Shown piece by piece: positions 12,555 through 25,335 of a stretch of DNA of 64,000 nucleotides. The notes under the pieces are model-generated. The model was not told the DNA's origin. It saw only the letters and a program-made list of their open reading frames with translations, and ran no database searches. Both the position numbers and the translations under genes were made by a program. Positions within the stretch are counted from its first letter, which is position 1. Each line of letters begins with the position of its first letter. The stretch comes from Octopus vulgaris. Lineage: Eukaryota. The stretch is taken from assembly GCA_951406725.2 (NCBI GenBank), contig OX597827.1, forward strand, positions 14,880,001 through 14,944,000, given 5' to 3'.

Positions 12555-12866
12555 ATTGTGAAGTTCCTTCTCGAGCCATGCCTGGCTCATAAGGGCCGCT
12601 TTCCCGGTTTCTTGGCGTATAGGTTCCCCACCTGGACGGAACACAAGTCCATCACAGGTGAGCTGCAAGATGCAGGAGGAAAGAGGAGAGGAAAAGTTGT
12701 GGCAAAAGAGTCAGCAGAAGTTTTACCATTACCTTCTGCCAGAGCCGCGTGGAGCTTAAGGTGTTTTGCTCATAAACACACGCACATCGCCCAGTCTGAG
12801 ATTCGAACCCATCATCCCTCGACTGCGAGTCCACTGCTCTAACGACTAGGCCATGTGCCTCCACAC
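12555..12866 (-). mobile_element. tRNA(Arg-like)-headed SINE family E (head H1 + body T2)
   Basis: minus: ggaggcacatggcctagtcgttagagcagtggactcgc...gggttcgaatctc; body ctgtgatggacttgtgttccgtccagg...gaaaccgggaaa. Confidence 0.75.
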
Positions 12867-13139
12867 ACTAACATAATGGGCAACTTTCCTTGTCATCTTT
12901 GTTCAAGGACATGCCATTCTAGGATCAGACTGTTTTCACATCGATCAACTCACAAAATGTAGAATAAGACTCCTAGAGGACAACATCATCGTTGGCACTG
13001 ATGGACAGCTGTAAGCAAGTACCAGTTGAATACTGGGGTCAATGTATTCATCTTACCCTGCTCCCTCGAAATTCCTGGCCTCGTACCAAAATTTGAAACT
13101 AATATGTCACAGAAGAGATAAAAGGATGTATTTAATATA

Positions 13140-13530
13140 GGCGCAGGAGTGGCTGTGTGGTAAGTAGCTTGCTTACCAACCACATGGTTCCGGGTTCAGT
13201 CCCACTGCGTGGCACCTTGGGCAAGTGTCTTCTGCTATAGCCTCGGGCCGACCAAAGCCTTGTGAATGGATTTGGTCGACGGAAACTGAAAGAAGCCTGT
13301 CATATATATGTATATATATATGTATGTTTGTGTGTCTGTGTTTGTCCCTCTAGCATTGCTTGACAACCGATGCTGGTGTGTTTACATCCCCGTCACTTAG
13401 TGGTTCGGCAAAAGAGACCGATAGGATGAGTACTGGGCTTACAAAGAATAAGTCCCGGGGTCGATTTGCTCAACTAAAGGTGGTGCTCCAGCATGGCCGC
13501 AGTCAAAATGACTGAAACAAGTAAAAAGAT
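13140..13530 (+). mobile_element. SINE family A, full length
   Basis: tRNA-like head ggcgcaggagtggctgtgtggtaagtagc...gggttcagtccc, CORE-like ggcaccttgggcaagt, internal (TA/TG)n, tail gaaacaagtaaaa. Confidence 0.9.
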
Positions 13531-14667
13531 AATCCTGTTAAGCTGAGTGAATATCTAGTTTCATAGCTCACTATGTCTATAAACCCTCTCTCTCTCTTTC
13601 GGAGAGGCACAAACACCTACACGCACATATACACACATGGCAGTAACTTCTGCTTGCCGAATTCAATCACAAAGCTTCGGTCTGCTCAGGGCTGTAGCAG
13701 AAGACACCTACCCAAAGTGCCACGCAGTGGGACTGAACACGAAACCATGTAGCTAGGAAGCAAGCTCCCTAACCACACAGCCATGCCCACTTAAATTTCT
13801 TAATCACACAAAGAGTAAAAGGTCTTTTCTAAGTCAACATATAATGCAATTGGTTAGAAGCCTCCAAATCTCCTTATGGTTACCCAACCACATTAGCAAC
13901 ATCCATAAATGATGCTTATCTCCCAGTCAATGATATCATAATTATATTTATTAAAATGAAAGTTAAAAATTCATAGTTATTAGTTCATTCATTCTATTTC
14001 AGTTTCATTTCAATTAGGGAATAGTGCTTTTATTGATCTGGCACTCTCCAGGAACACAGCATTCTGTTCCTAAAAAGTTACAATAAAAGAAAATTGAAGT
14101 TTTTTTTTCTTTAAAATCTTCTTACATAAGCAATTACTATCGCTAATTGATATTTTCCAGATTCTCAATAGAGTTAAATATGGAAAATATCAAACCAATT
14201 TTTTTTTCCTTTTTCTACCTAATTTCCTGCATTCATGCTTTGTTTTTTTGGTAGGTTTTTTTTTTTTACATGCAGACTCTTGAATTTTTTTAGGGCATTT
14301 TATCAATACGGATGCATTTCTAAGCCCTAAAAAGAGAATCAGGTGCTTTTCCTCCTACTGGAATAGCTAAAATAAATAGAAAATATCCTGAAAGAAAAAA
14401 TGAATATTTTTGCTGCATGAAACTAAGCTCTCACTCTATGGATAGAGTCAGCTCTCTGCCATAACATTGCTGTATTACAATGCATTCAATGGAAGCATTA
14501 GAAGCAAACATGTAGCATTTAATAAGAGAGCTCATTTGTGTATGGTAGTTATATCATTACAGTATTAAATTTGTCATCATCATCATCATCATCATAAGGC
14601 TATGGAAGAGGAAAAAAGGATACTGATGGTAAGAGTAAAATTAAAGTTGATATTTATTATACTGGTT

Positions 14668-15105
14668 AAGGCGGCGAGCTGGCAGAATTGTTAGTACGCT
14701 GGGCGAAGTGCTTAGCGGTATTTCGTCTGCTGTTACGTTCTGAGTTCAAATTCCGCCAAGGTCGACTTTGCCTTTCATCCTTTCAGGGTCGATAAATTAA
14801 GTACCAGTTACGCACTGCGCTCGATGGAATCGACTTAATCCCTTTGTCTGTCCTTGTTTGTCCTCTCTATGTTTAGCCCCTTGTGGGCAATAAAAAAATA
14901 AGAATCATTAGCACACTGGGCAAAATATTTTGTGGCATTTCATGTCTTTATGTTCTGAGTTCAAATACTGCCATGGTCAGCATTGCATTTTGTCCTTTCA
15001 GTATTGATAAAAAAAGTTTTAGGTGAATGCTGGAGTTGATGTAAATAACTTACCCACCTCGTACCCCGAAATTGCCGGCCTTGTGCCAAAATTTGAAACC
15101 AATAC
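14668..15105 (+). mobile_element. Young SINE B1 (14668-14903) directly followed by an older B2 copy
   Basis: aaggcggcgagctggcagaa...gagttcaaattcc...ccccttgtgggcaataaa then agaatcattagcac...tgtgccaaaatttgaaacc. Confidence 0.85.
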
Positions 15106-15119
15106 TTATTATGTTGATT

Positions 15120-15480
15120 CATACTTGCTCTCCCCATCGAATATACTTGGTAGGCAATGCTAGATTTTAGATTCATAACTTATTTTCTACTCAGTATTAT
15201 CTTTGTGTTATTGGGAGCATAAACAGATCATTTGGGATTTGCTTGAATTTTTTTGTGTGTTCTGATAATGTATTCTTTTTCAATTCATTATTATACCACA
15301 ACAATGAATTTCTGTCAAACCTCCATAACTATTCTAATAATTCCTCTAAAAATATGCTGGGTACTTTTAGTAAAGTTTACTCTGTTGCAACCACTTGAGA
15401 CGGGTCTCTGATCTAAGGATAGCTTTGTCTCGGCAGTCTTGGAGACCTTACAGACAGTTATGAACGCTGCTTTTCCTCCT
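15120..15480 (-). pseudogene. Possible decayed LINE APE-endonuclease fragment
   Basis: minus-strand remnants SETRLKW and SVYAPN in the expected order; many stops. Confidence 0.3.
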
Positions 15481-16269
15481 CTGACCAAGATATCAAAAAA
15501 TAAAATCTATAAAAACTCAAATCCAGTTTGATTGAATATTTTAAAAGTTTATTGGAAATGTGAACCTTTTCTTTGTTAACTTTTGTTCCTTAAAATCTTC
15601 AAGATGAAAGTTGAGAACATATCAATCATTTCTAGACATTTCCCAAAATTATTAATGATGATAGTCATGTGGTGCCTGCTGAAGTCTACCAGTGAAGTTG
15701 TCAGCTACGGTTATTTCCAAGAGTCTCCATACTATCTTTGTTTGGAATGCACCCAGGAAGGTTCTATGGAGAAGAAGTGGTGAGCCTGAATATCTCGAAT
15801 AACTCTCACCGATGAAGTGACATATTGTCAAGAGAAGCACGGCCCAGACACACCCCACCCAAACTATCAGAGAAAATTGTTAAAATACAACAACGATGAT
15901 GATGATGATGATGATTCTCATCATCATCATCATTATCTTCATCATTACAATCACATGGAAGAGTGTAAAGATAGTGATAGTAGGAGTAAAATTAACATCA
16001 ATATCTATTACATTGTGTTCAAATTCTGCCAAGGTCGATTTTGTCTTTAATCCTTTGGAGAAGGGTCAATAAAATAAGAACCAGTTGACCTCTGAGATTG
16101 ATGCAATCAACTAACCTCTCCCCAGAAATTGCTGGCCTTGCACCAAAATTTGAAACCAATATTTGTTACACTAGCATATATTTATCCACCTCATCATGAC
16201 TGTCAGCATCACACTAGTCTTCTGAAAATATTCTAAGTCTTCAATCCAAAACTTACAGATTAATATTGA

Positions 16270-16405
16270 AACTAAAAGGGTAGGAGCAGTGAGAATGATA
16301 TAGGGGAAAGTAATGAAGGCAGATCTCACAAGGGAGATGGTAAGGAATCCTAACAAGGTCTGAGGTGCAATACTGGAGAAAACTCATGCAATCCATGCAA
16401 GAATA
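16270..16405 (+). mobile_element. Degenerate RTE-LINE 3' end
   Basis: similar layout to 24290-24535 and 57245-57640 (gcagatctcacaagggagatg...ctggagaaaactcatgcaatccatgcaag). Confidence 0.35.
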
Positions 16406-16848
16406 GTGACGATCTCTCTTACTATTAGCAAATAAAATAAATCTGATAGTAAACTGCATAAGCAGCTTTTTTTGTTTAGAAACCAAGTTGTACAGTGAAA
16501 TTACTAAATACATCAACACAAAAAAAGATTTCTTCAGATATCAAAAATAACATGATATATTATGATACCCAGATTTTACTTTAGAATCTATAACAATCAA
16601 CAACAACTGAATCCATACATTATACAAACATCTACATCCACATCAATATGGTCAACTTGTAACTCTGCCAGAACACTGTCAACCACACATCACTATAGGA
16701 TCACCATTCGATATACAATACCTAACCCGACCATACACATGGCCTGAGACATGGAACATAGGCTATTCTGAATGATCTTTAAATGTCTGTTGTTATAGAT
16801 AACAACAGATTTTTGCAAGCTTCTGTTGTTATAATGTAAACCTCTGAC

Positions 16849-16914
16849 CTTACAAAGACCTCTTTCAGTTTCTAATCGTTTGTCCCATTGATGGCTTGCT
16901 TTCTCTTCCTTAGA
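16849..16914 (-). CDS. Candidate coding exon (SKEEKASHQWDKRLETERGLCK)
   Basis: acceptor ggttttattgcag|, donor AAG|gtcaga (alternative T|gtaagg at 16854), 66 nt phase 0-0 compatible with 7634-7780. Confidence 0.5.
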
Positions 16915-17119
16915 CTGCAATAAAACCACATACTGAAGGACACATGTAACATATAACCTTTCAATTCTGCTCAGTCAGCTAAAATAGCCTCTTTTATGCT
17001 TCTTCAAATATGGTTTTATAATATGTATTTAACATCAAAGCAGATTAAGCAAAAGTCAATGTATTGTATGCAAAGATTTGGCCCCAGTAAAAATATATTA
17101 ATGGTAAAGATTTTGTATG

Positions 17120-17424
17120 GTTAAGAAGCTTGCTATACAACCACATAGTACTGAGTTCAGTCCCACAGTGTGACATCTTCAGCAAGTGTCTCCTACAGTA
17201 GCCCTGGGCCAACTAAAGCCTTGTGAGTGAATTTGGCAGATGGAAACTGTGTGGAAGTCCCTCATATAAAAATAGATACACACACACACATACATACATG
17301 CATACATGCTTACATACATGCATACACACACATACACACATAAATACATACATGCATGCATGCATACATACACACATAGATACATATATACATACATACA
17401 TACATACATACATACATACATACA

Positions 17425-17460
<36 letters not shown>

Positions 17461-17665
17461 CATATATACATGCATGTATGTATTATGTATGTAACCAGTG
17501 TTGGCTTGTTTACATCCCTGTAACTTAACAGTTCAGCAAAAGAAACGCATTGAATAAGAAACAGGCTTAAAAAAAATAAAAACCAGGGTCTATTTGTTCA
17601 ACTAAAACCACCAAGGTGGTGCTCCAGCGTGGCCACAGTACAACGACTAACACAAAAAGAAATGA
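17120..17665 (+). mobile_element. SINE family A, older copy with expanded internal microsatellite
   Basis: ggttaagaagcttgc...gagttcagtcccac...ggtgctccagcgtggccacag. Confidence 0.75.
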
Positions 17666-17867
17666 ATGATATGACAAAAGATAGTAGTTCATTTCCCCAA
17701 ACATTTATCTTATGGAACTCTCTTCTAGTTTTCCTTTATGAATATATTCTTGTTTATTTCACATCTTGGGTTGACCATTTTACAGTTCTTTTAGAGCAGC
17801 TTTTCATTAGATTTATTTTGTTTCTTTTTCTTTTTTAACACCCAAGAAACAAAGCGATTGCTTAAAC

Positions 17868-18384
17868 CAGGGGTTCCCAACCATTTTTTTAATCTATGGA
17901 CCCCTTTGATTACTATTTTATTCTGGTGGATTCCCAGAGCCATTTAATGTTTAGAAACTACATTTGTAGAATCCTTTTCCAAAATTCTTATTTTGTTTTT
18001 CACACATTAATTTGTGTGGGTTGAACTATGATAAATGTTAGAGAAAGAAACCTAGCTGTTTCTTGCAATACATACCAATACATATAGCTAAAGCAGAATT
18101 TTTCCAGGAGTCCTTAAAATTCTATTGTGAATCCCCAAGAGATCACTCAAATCACAAAAGTTTTCAGAAAACAAAATGTGTCAAAATATTGCAAATAAGC
18201 ATGAAAAAGTGTACAAAATTGCAATTTCAAATTTGTTGTTTTTTAGTGTACTTTCTACACATTTGTGACATGTCATTTTTCTGACACACTTTTCATACTA
18301 ATAACTTTTAGGTAAATATATTTTGTTGCATGGACCCCCGCCCACTCCACCAAGTCATCAATGGACCCCAGTTGGGAACTACTG
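17868..18384. mobile_element. hAT-type MITE
   Basis: TIR caggggttcccaac / gttgggaactactg; 8-bp TSD gcttaaac / ccttaaag (6/8); subterminal atggacccc repeats. Confidence 0.7.
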
Positions 18385-18823
18385 CCTTAAAGCCTGCTTT
18401 ACTGCTGGTTGTTTGCCTACATACAAAGAACATAAAATGAACCATAAGGAACGCATTAGTATGAAGAATACAAACAAGCAAATTGTAAACCCAAGTTTTG
18501 GTGATTTGACTGCTTATTATAAAATAAAATAATTTATAAAATATGGAGCCAATACAAACTCCTAAAGATTGAAATAGTATTCCAAACGAAAATTAATATT
18601 AAAATAGCTTGGTTTCACTTGGCGATAAGTGAAATTATATTTTCAGCCATCATATTAAAATTTCAAGCATCTTCACATTAAATAAGGCACTTGAACTTTA
18701 ATAAGACATTGTAATATATTTACGAAGAAATAAATTGTTAATTACTAAATTATAAATACACACAGACACACACACAAACACACACACATATATGCACACA
18801 TGCACACACACATGCACACTCTC

Positions 18824-18972
18824 AGTGACTCTCTTTTTTCCTTTCCTTTTTTTTTTTTGATTCATAGGATTATGCTCAAGGTGGCTTCGTCAGCCACATG
18901 TGCCATTCTTGCTACATTCACCCATCATTTTTTGAAACATTCACTAGACAAAACTTCCCTCTTTACTCTCAC
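18824..18972 (-). repeat. Internal copy of LINE segment 20417-20565 embedded in (CA)n
   Basis: 149-bp match with ~4 substitutions. Confidence 0.85.
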
Positions 18973-19485
18973 ATGCACACACATATATTTGTGTGTGTGT
19001 GTATATATATATATACACACATATATACATACATATATGTATATACATGTACATATATATATGTATATATATATATATACTTACATGCATATATGTATAT
19101 ACACTGTATATATACACATACATACATATATATATGTGTGTGTGTGTGTGTGTGTTACATAAATATGCAGTCAGCACCTCTTTGTAATTAAATTATTATT
19201 TAATCATTTAATCTAATTTCTTCATGCTACTTAAATATTTCTATATAACAAATTAGTTACCAGGTGCCCAACAAACAATGGCAAAAGGTTCTACTTCCAC
19301 TAATGCAGCTTAGGGCCAGAAACCTCCAGACTAGTGTCCCTTACTGACTTCTCAAGATAACTGGGTTTACTAACCCCAGATATTTTTCTTAATTATTGCA
19401 TTTAATCCTCCATATTTCTGAAAGGGAAACATTGAAATTAATCAAATCTACCCTTATATTTAGACATACAGCCATATATATATAC

Positions 19486-19635
19486 AGGGAGAGTTTACGA
19501 AAAAAAACAAAAGACGAAGACAGGTGGTGTACAAAACAAACAGATGTATTAGTATAACGCTCAGGAACAGAAAAAGTCTTTTACATTTTGAGCCTACGCT
19601 CTTCTACACAAAGGGACAGAAAAAACAAGGAGAGA
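19486..19635 (-). mobile_element. Family D repeat
   Basis: reverse complement of 5540-5697. Confidence 0.75.
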
Positions 19636-19636
19636 A

Positions 19637-19670
<34 letters not shown>

Positions 19671-20129
19671 GGTGGACTCTCTCATTGAAGACAATGCATG
19701 AACATTCAGCTTTTCCCAACCAACTTGCACAAATGATTTGTTTACAGTGATCAAATGTTCATGCTGCACTTTAGCTCTCTCTCTCTCTCTCCATCAAATC
19801 GAGATTGTCTGAATAGGTGCACAGTGTACCACATGTCAGGTGTCAAAGCGATTGCAGAACAATGTGAGATGAAGTGTTTAGCTCAAGTGTACAGTGCACC
19901 ACCACCACCCACTCTAAGAATTGAAACCACGACCTCTAGATCATAAGTGCAACACCCTAACACCATGTCATGCACTCTCATATATTTATATATACAGATA
20001 GACATATTAGATAAATAGATAGCTAGATAGATAAATGGCAGTGCTCCAACAAATGGTGGTACCCTAACAAATAGCAGTGCCCCAGCATGGCCACAGCACA
20101 TGAGCTGAAACAAGATAGATAGATAGATA

Positions 20130-20975
20130 TGTTTCTTAATTGACCACACAGGGCTGAACACAGAGGAGACAAAATACAAAGTAGAGCTTTTCTTTTTGGG
20201 AAGAGAAGGAAAAGAAAAAACAAAGGAAACAGGGGTAGAAATTCAATCAAAAGGGATCGTTAAAAAAAAAGCTGATCAATAGGGATTGTGTATCACAGAA
20301 ATGTTATAGTGTAAAAAGAGGAAACAGATTAGGTTTACCCGTGGAAAGAAAAGCTTACGGAAAAGACCATGGTAACCTTAGGCAATAATGTCATGCAAAA
20401 AAAACGCATTACAGTAAGTGACTCTCTTTTTTCCTTTCCTTTTTTTTTTTTGATTCATAGGATTATGCTCAAGGTGGCTTCGTCAACCACATGTGCCATT
20501 CTTGCTACATTCATCCATCATTTTTTGAAACATTTACTAGACAAAACTTCCCTCTTTAGTCTCACCTTCCTCTTCAAGCGACACTTGAAGAAGTCGATGA
20601 GAGATTCACCAGAGAGGTAAGTGTTTGTCTCTAGACCTTTCAGATGCATCCACCATACACATTCTTTCGCCATAGCCACAAGTACGATGAAAATGCCTAT
20701 TCCTTCCCATTTCAAGGAAGGAAGCATGACAATATTCATGATAGACTCAGTTGATAAACTGACTCGTCCCACACGCGATAGCAGTCGTTTGACATAGGCT
20801 CACAGGTCAGAAATGGTTGGACACTGTATGAGTGCATGCAGAATGGTTTTATCACCCTGACCGCATTTAGGGTAGGTCGGCCCTGCGTTTCTCGAGCCAT
20901 ACCAGTAGAGCTTATCCCGAACGGTAGCGCTTCTTGATGGCATTGCCAGGCCAGGGATCTCTGGAAGTTGTCCAT
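20130..20975 (-). mobile_element. 5'-truncated Tx1/L1-type LINE: ORF2 C-terminal zinc-knuckle region plus 3' UTR, flanked by (GATA)n
   Basis: frameshifted peptide LAWQCHQEALP/VRDKLY...YPKCGQGDKTILHALIQCP...AKECVWW resembles the zf-RVT CxxC-H-C region of L1/Tx1 ORF2. Confidence 0.8.
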
Positions 20976-21488
20976 AGATAGATAGATAGATAGATATATA
21001 GATAGACAGACAATTGATGAAGGCAAAATTTTTGTTCTGTCTGTTGAATATTTTATCACTTGTGTCCATTCTTTACATAAATAATTGCCAACACAAACAG
21101 CCAAATTTACCCACGTTGTGATTTACAAGCACGTGTGCGTGCACACACACACACACATAAATATATAAATATATATATATATATAAGTCTCTGTTCTCCT
21201 TTATTATAAATTGCCTATATATACAAAATACAAACACACACACATACATACATGCATACATACGTACATACGTACATACATACATACATATACATGCATA
21301 CACCATATAAGTGAGAGCATTTATGTGTGTGTGCATGTGTGTGTGTGTGTGAGTTTTGTTTGTGTGTGTGTGTGTGTGCGAGAGTGTGTGCGCATGCATG
21401 CGTGCCTGCATGTGTGTGTGTGGGTTACAGACAATATAAGAACATTAGATTTAAGCCTTGAGATACTGAACAAAATACATTAATATGA

Positions 21489-21655
21489 CAAGTTTAGTTG
21501 ACCATGCTTTGTGTGTCAAATATTTTAAAACTTAGTCAAAATATACCAAGTTCAAACTTAGTCAAAATATACCAACCTTAGTCAAACTTAGTCAAAATAT
21601 ATCAAGTTCAGTTGACCATGCTTTGTGTGTCAAATATTTTAAAACTTAGTCAAAA
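21489..21655. repeat. Local tandem duplication with internal reiterated acttagtcaaaatatacc
   Basis: agttgaccatgctttgtgtgtcaaatattttaaaacttagtcaaaa occurs twice ~114 bp apart. Confidence 0.85.
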
Positions 21656-22173
21656 CTAAGATCAAAAATAGAAAGGGAACTATACTTTGAAGTGTATTAA
21701 TAATTAATTTGTTATTTACCTCCGTTAGAAATATAAAGTGTCATATAAAATCACAAGGAGAAATTATCTATTGGCACTAAAGATTGGAATTTAACGTTAG
21801 GTTTCTAGAAAAATCTTTTATCTTAAATTGTAATTGTTTTAGCACTGAATTAGGAAGGAATCTTCCCACTACAGTTGGAAGACAGATTTTTTATGTTTTT
21901 ATGGTATTTCCCTTATGAACAAATAGGGGCTCTATCATAAATGCTTTTACTAACAGATTTTTAAAAGTGCAAATGTAAACATGTTTATTGGTGTGGCTTT
22001 GGGACTCATGGACAACCTTTGACTTTTCCCAATCAAAGGCTTTTTAACCCAATATTTACTCATTAATTTATAGCTTTATTTCTTTCAAGATTCACCGTTC
22101 CAGAAAAGCATTGCAAATTTGTTTCGCATCATAGATTTAAAGATGTAACTTCTAAGTTCTAATATACAAATAT

Positions 22174-22374
22174 CTCTCTTTACTCTTTTACTTGTTTCAG
22201 TCATTTGACTGCGGCCATGCTGGAGCACCAAGCAAATCGACTCCAGAGCTTATTCTTTGTAAGCCTAGTACTTATTCTATCAGTCTCTTTTGCCGAAGCG
22301 CTAAGTTACGGGGACGTAAACACATCAGCATCGGTTGACAAGCGATGATGGTGGGGACAAACACAGACACATAA

Positions 22375-22455
<81 letters not shown>

Positions 22456-22655
22456 CATATATACATATACATATATATATACACATATATACGACAGGCT
22501 TCTTTCAGTTTCCGTCTACCAAATCCACTCACAAGGCTTTGGTCAGCCCAAGGCTATAGTAGAAGACACTTGCCCAAGGTGCCACGCAGTGGGACTGAAC
22601 CTGGAACTATGTGGTTGGTAAGCAAGCTACTTACCACACAGCCACTCCTACGCCT
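22174..22655 (-). mobile_element. SINE family A, full length
   Basis: reverse complement of 13140-13530. Confidence 0.9.
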
Positions 22656-23491
22656 ATCTAAATATTTTTTTATCATTAAATGTATAAACTTTTAAAGAAA
22701 AAGATATTATTATAAATCAAAGTATAAACCAAGATCTATAAATCAAACGGGAAAAAAAAAAACAATTTCTTATTGAAATTATCTTACTGTAGTTTACATT
22801 CTTTTAGATTTTCAAGGCCTCTACTTTAGCTAAATATATTCCATTAACTCCCAGCAGGTTTTCCTTTAATTGTATTTAAGCCTTGCTATTGAAAAATAAA
22901 AACAGTAGTAAGAGATTGTGTTGAAAAAAAAACCTGTCCAACCAATGCACGCAGGCATGGAAAGCAAACATAAAATGAGTATACATACATATACACATAT
23001 ATTTATACACACACACACACATACATATATATATATAAATATATATATTTTTCTCTCCCTGTTTTTTCTGTGTCCCTGTCTTCATCTTTTGTTTTTTTCA
23101 TAAGCTCTCCCTATATATATATATATATATATATTATATTATATATTATATATTATATATTATATACTATATATATATACATATATCACCTAATCAACCA
23201 GACTAGCAGATGTTGTTTTACCTTGCTGGTCACAATGTGCCACTCAGCCTGGTAATCAGCACTAGACCATATATATATATGTGTGAGTTTGTGTGTGTGT
23301 GTGTATGCATATGTATATGTAAAATATACAAACTGACCCCTTAAGAGAATCAACCAACTGGAACGGTTGATGACCATTCCATACAGGGAAGTCAACCAAG
23401 CAGAATGCCAAACTTGACCACCAGAAAGAATAAACTGTCATTGGAATTATAACAAATCTAAAATTAAATTTGTCTGCAGAAAACATATATA

Positions 23492-23530
<39 letters not shown>

Positions 23531-23726
23531 TGATTCCAAAAAACTCCATTAAAAGCGAAAAACCTTGAATACAACAGAAAAAAGAATCATATGCAAGATG
23601 ACAGAAACGGTAGAAAAACCCCTTTATCTACTCTCTTCTTTTCTTATTTCTCTCTCTTGTCCACATATTCTATAATAACTCAGTATGACCAAACTTTATT
23701 TAAAGCAGCAGAAAATTCAACAAAAC

Positions 23727-23764
23727 CTGATACTCTGAGTTTCACGTTCCCGTTCGTCAGACAG
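23727..23764 (-). ncRNA. Minimal type-I hammerhead, intact core
   Basis: ctgt-CTGACGA-acg(ggaa)cgt-GAAACTCAGAGTA-tcag. Confidence 0.6.
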
Positions 23765-23931
23765 TTTTTGCTAGAATAGAACCGATATGTCAATTCTATC
23801 CAGACTAGTATAAATGCTACACCCTTAAAAATGGACTAAATTTGAAACCAATCAAACAAGTCCATTTTTAAAGGTGTAGCGTTTATACTAGTCTTGATAG
23901 AATTGACATATCGGTTCTATTCTAGCAAAAA

Positions 23932-23969
23932 CTGTCCGACGAACGGGAACGTGAAACTCAGAGTAACAG
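23932..23969 (+). ncRNA. Minimal type-I hammerhead, U4C core mutation
   Basis: ctgt-CCGACGA-acg(ggaa)cgt-GAAACTCAGAGTA-acag. Confidence 0.55.
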
Positions 23970-24072
23970 GTTTTGTTGAATTGTCTGCTGCTTTAAATAA
24001 AGTATATTACTCTACCACTGGTATTTGAGTACTCTTTTTTCCACCTTGTTTCACATTTATGTGTTTACTCCA

Positions 24073-24103
<31 letters not shown>

Positions 24104-24289
24104 TATTATATATACATATACATACATATATATATATATATATGCCTGCAGACTATGGCAGTGTTATTTCTAAATGAGCTGCTGCAACTAGTGACATTTG
24201 TTTTTGCTAAATTTACTCCAAAGCCCTTTGATTCTAGTCCTTGATTCCATACCTAAAACTTCTCTAATTCTACAAAATGTAAATGCGTC

Positions 24290-24535
24290 GAGGGAAAGAT
24301 TGGGATGTAGAGTGCAAGAGAGAAGTCTGCACTGGTATGGTCATGTGATGTATATCTGGATGAAGACAGTTGCATAAAGAAGTACCAATCTCTAAATATG
24401 GAGAGAATCTGTGGAAGAGGAAGACTCAGGAAGATGTGGGACAGTATGGTGAAAAATGATCTTCAGATGTTGAGCTTCACAGAGATGACAAAGGACTGAG
24501 AAAATTGGCAATTTTCTGTGCTTGTAAAGACCTTT
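24290..24535 (+). mobile_element. RTE-clade LINE 3' end remnant
   Basis: VQERSLHWYGHVM...GRGRLRKMWDSMVKNDLQML matches RTE C-terminal WFGHV..RGRPRKTW pattern. Confidence 0.75.
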
Positions 24536-24789
24536 CTTGTTAAGTAAAATCGAGGTTGTAAAGACTCACATATACACATAAGTATACATATATATCTATG
24601 TACAATAGGCTTGTTGCAATTTCCATCTATCAAAGCCACTTACAAGACTTTGGTCAGTCCAAGGTGAGAGTAGGAGTGTAATGCAGCGGGACTGAACCAG
24701 AAACCATATGGTTGGGAAGCCAACATCTTAACCACACAGCCATACTTGCACCTCTCTTATTATTAATATCATCATTATCATCATCATTA

Positions 24790-25335
24790 TTATTATTGAG
24801 TGAGGGAGCAGCACAAGCCATCAAAGTGACACTGGGGTACAAAAATACAAAGCCCAATACACCCACCATGACTACCCGTCTCATAAGGGTACACCAGGCA
24901 CGTGCATCACAGCCATATGTGCATAACATGATGACCTCATATCAAGATAAACCTTGCAGGTGGGAACCAGTTACAATTTTCTTCAGGTTCAGTAACCCAT
25001 CCTGCTCAAGAGGTCTCTGAATAAAGTTTAAGGATGATAAATGAAACGCCCATGTTTCCAGAGGTGAATTATTCAAACCCCCAAAAATTCCTCTCAACAC
25101 ATGACTATGATGCCCCCCCCCACTACTCCTGCTCAGGATCAGAGATGTACATATCATCAGCAAGTAAGGGACATGCCCAACTGGTTAAGGTCATGCAAGT
25201 GGTAAGCAAATCTGCAGTATTGAGCAGAGCATTTGCTGTGGTCCATTTTTTATGCCAATACAAAACTATGTACATGATAATACTTCCAGTCAGTTAAGAT
25301 CAGAAACCATGGGAGTCCCTGTCTGGCATCGCATC
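24790..25335 (-). mobile_element. Probable non-coding retroelement segment ending in (TAA/TGA)n
   Basis: GC-elevated block abutting a trinucleotide tail; no second copy in the window. Confidence 0.3.

Larger units (their letters stand above)
23693..24003. repeat. ~145-bp inverted repeat, Penelope-like, each arm with a hammerhead motif
   Basis: arms 23693-23837 / 23859-24003. Confidence 0.9.
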
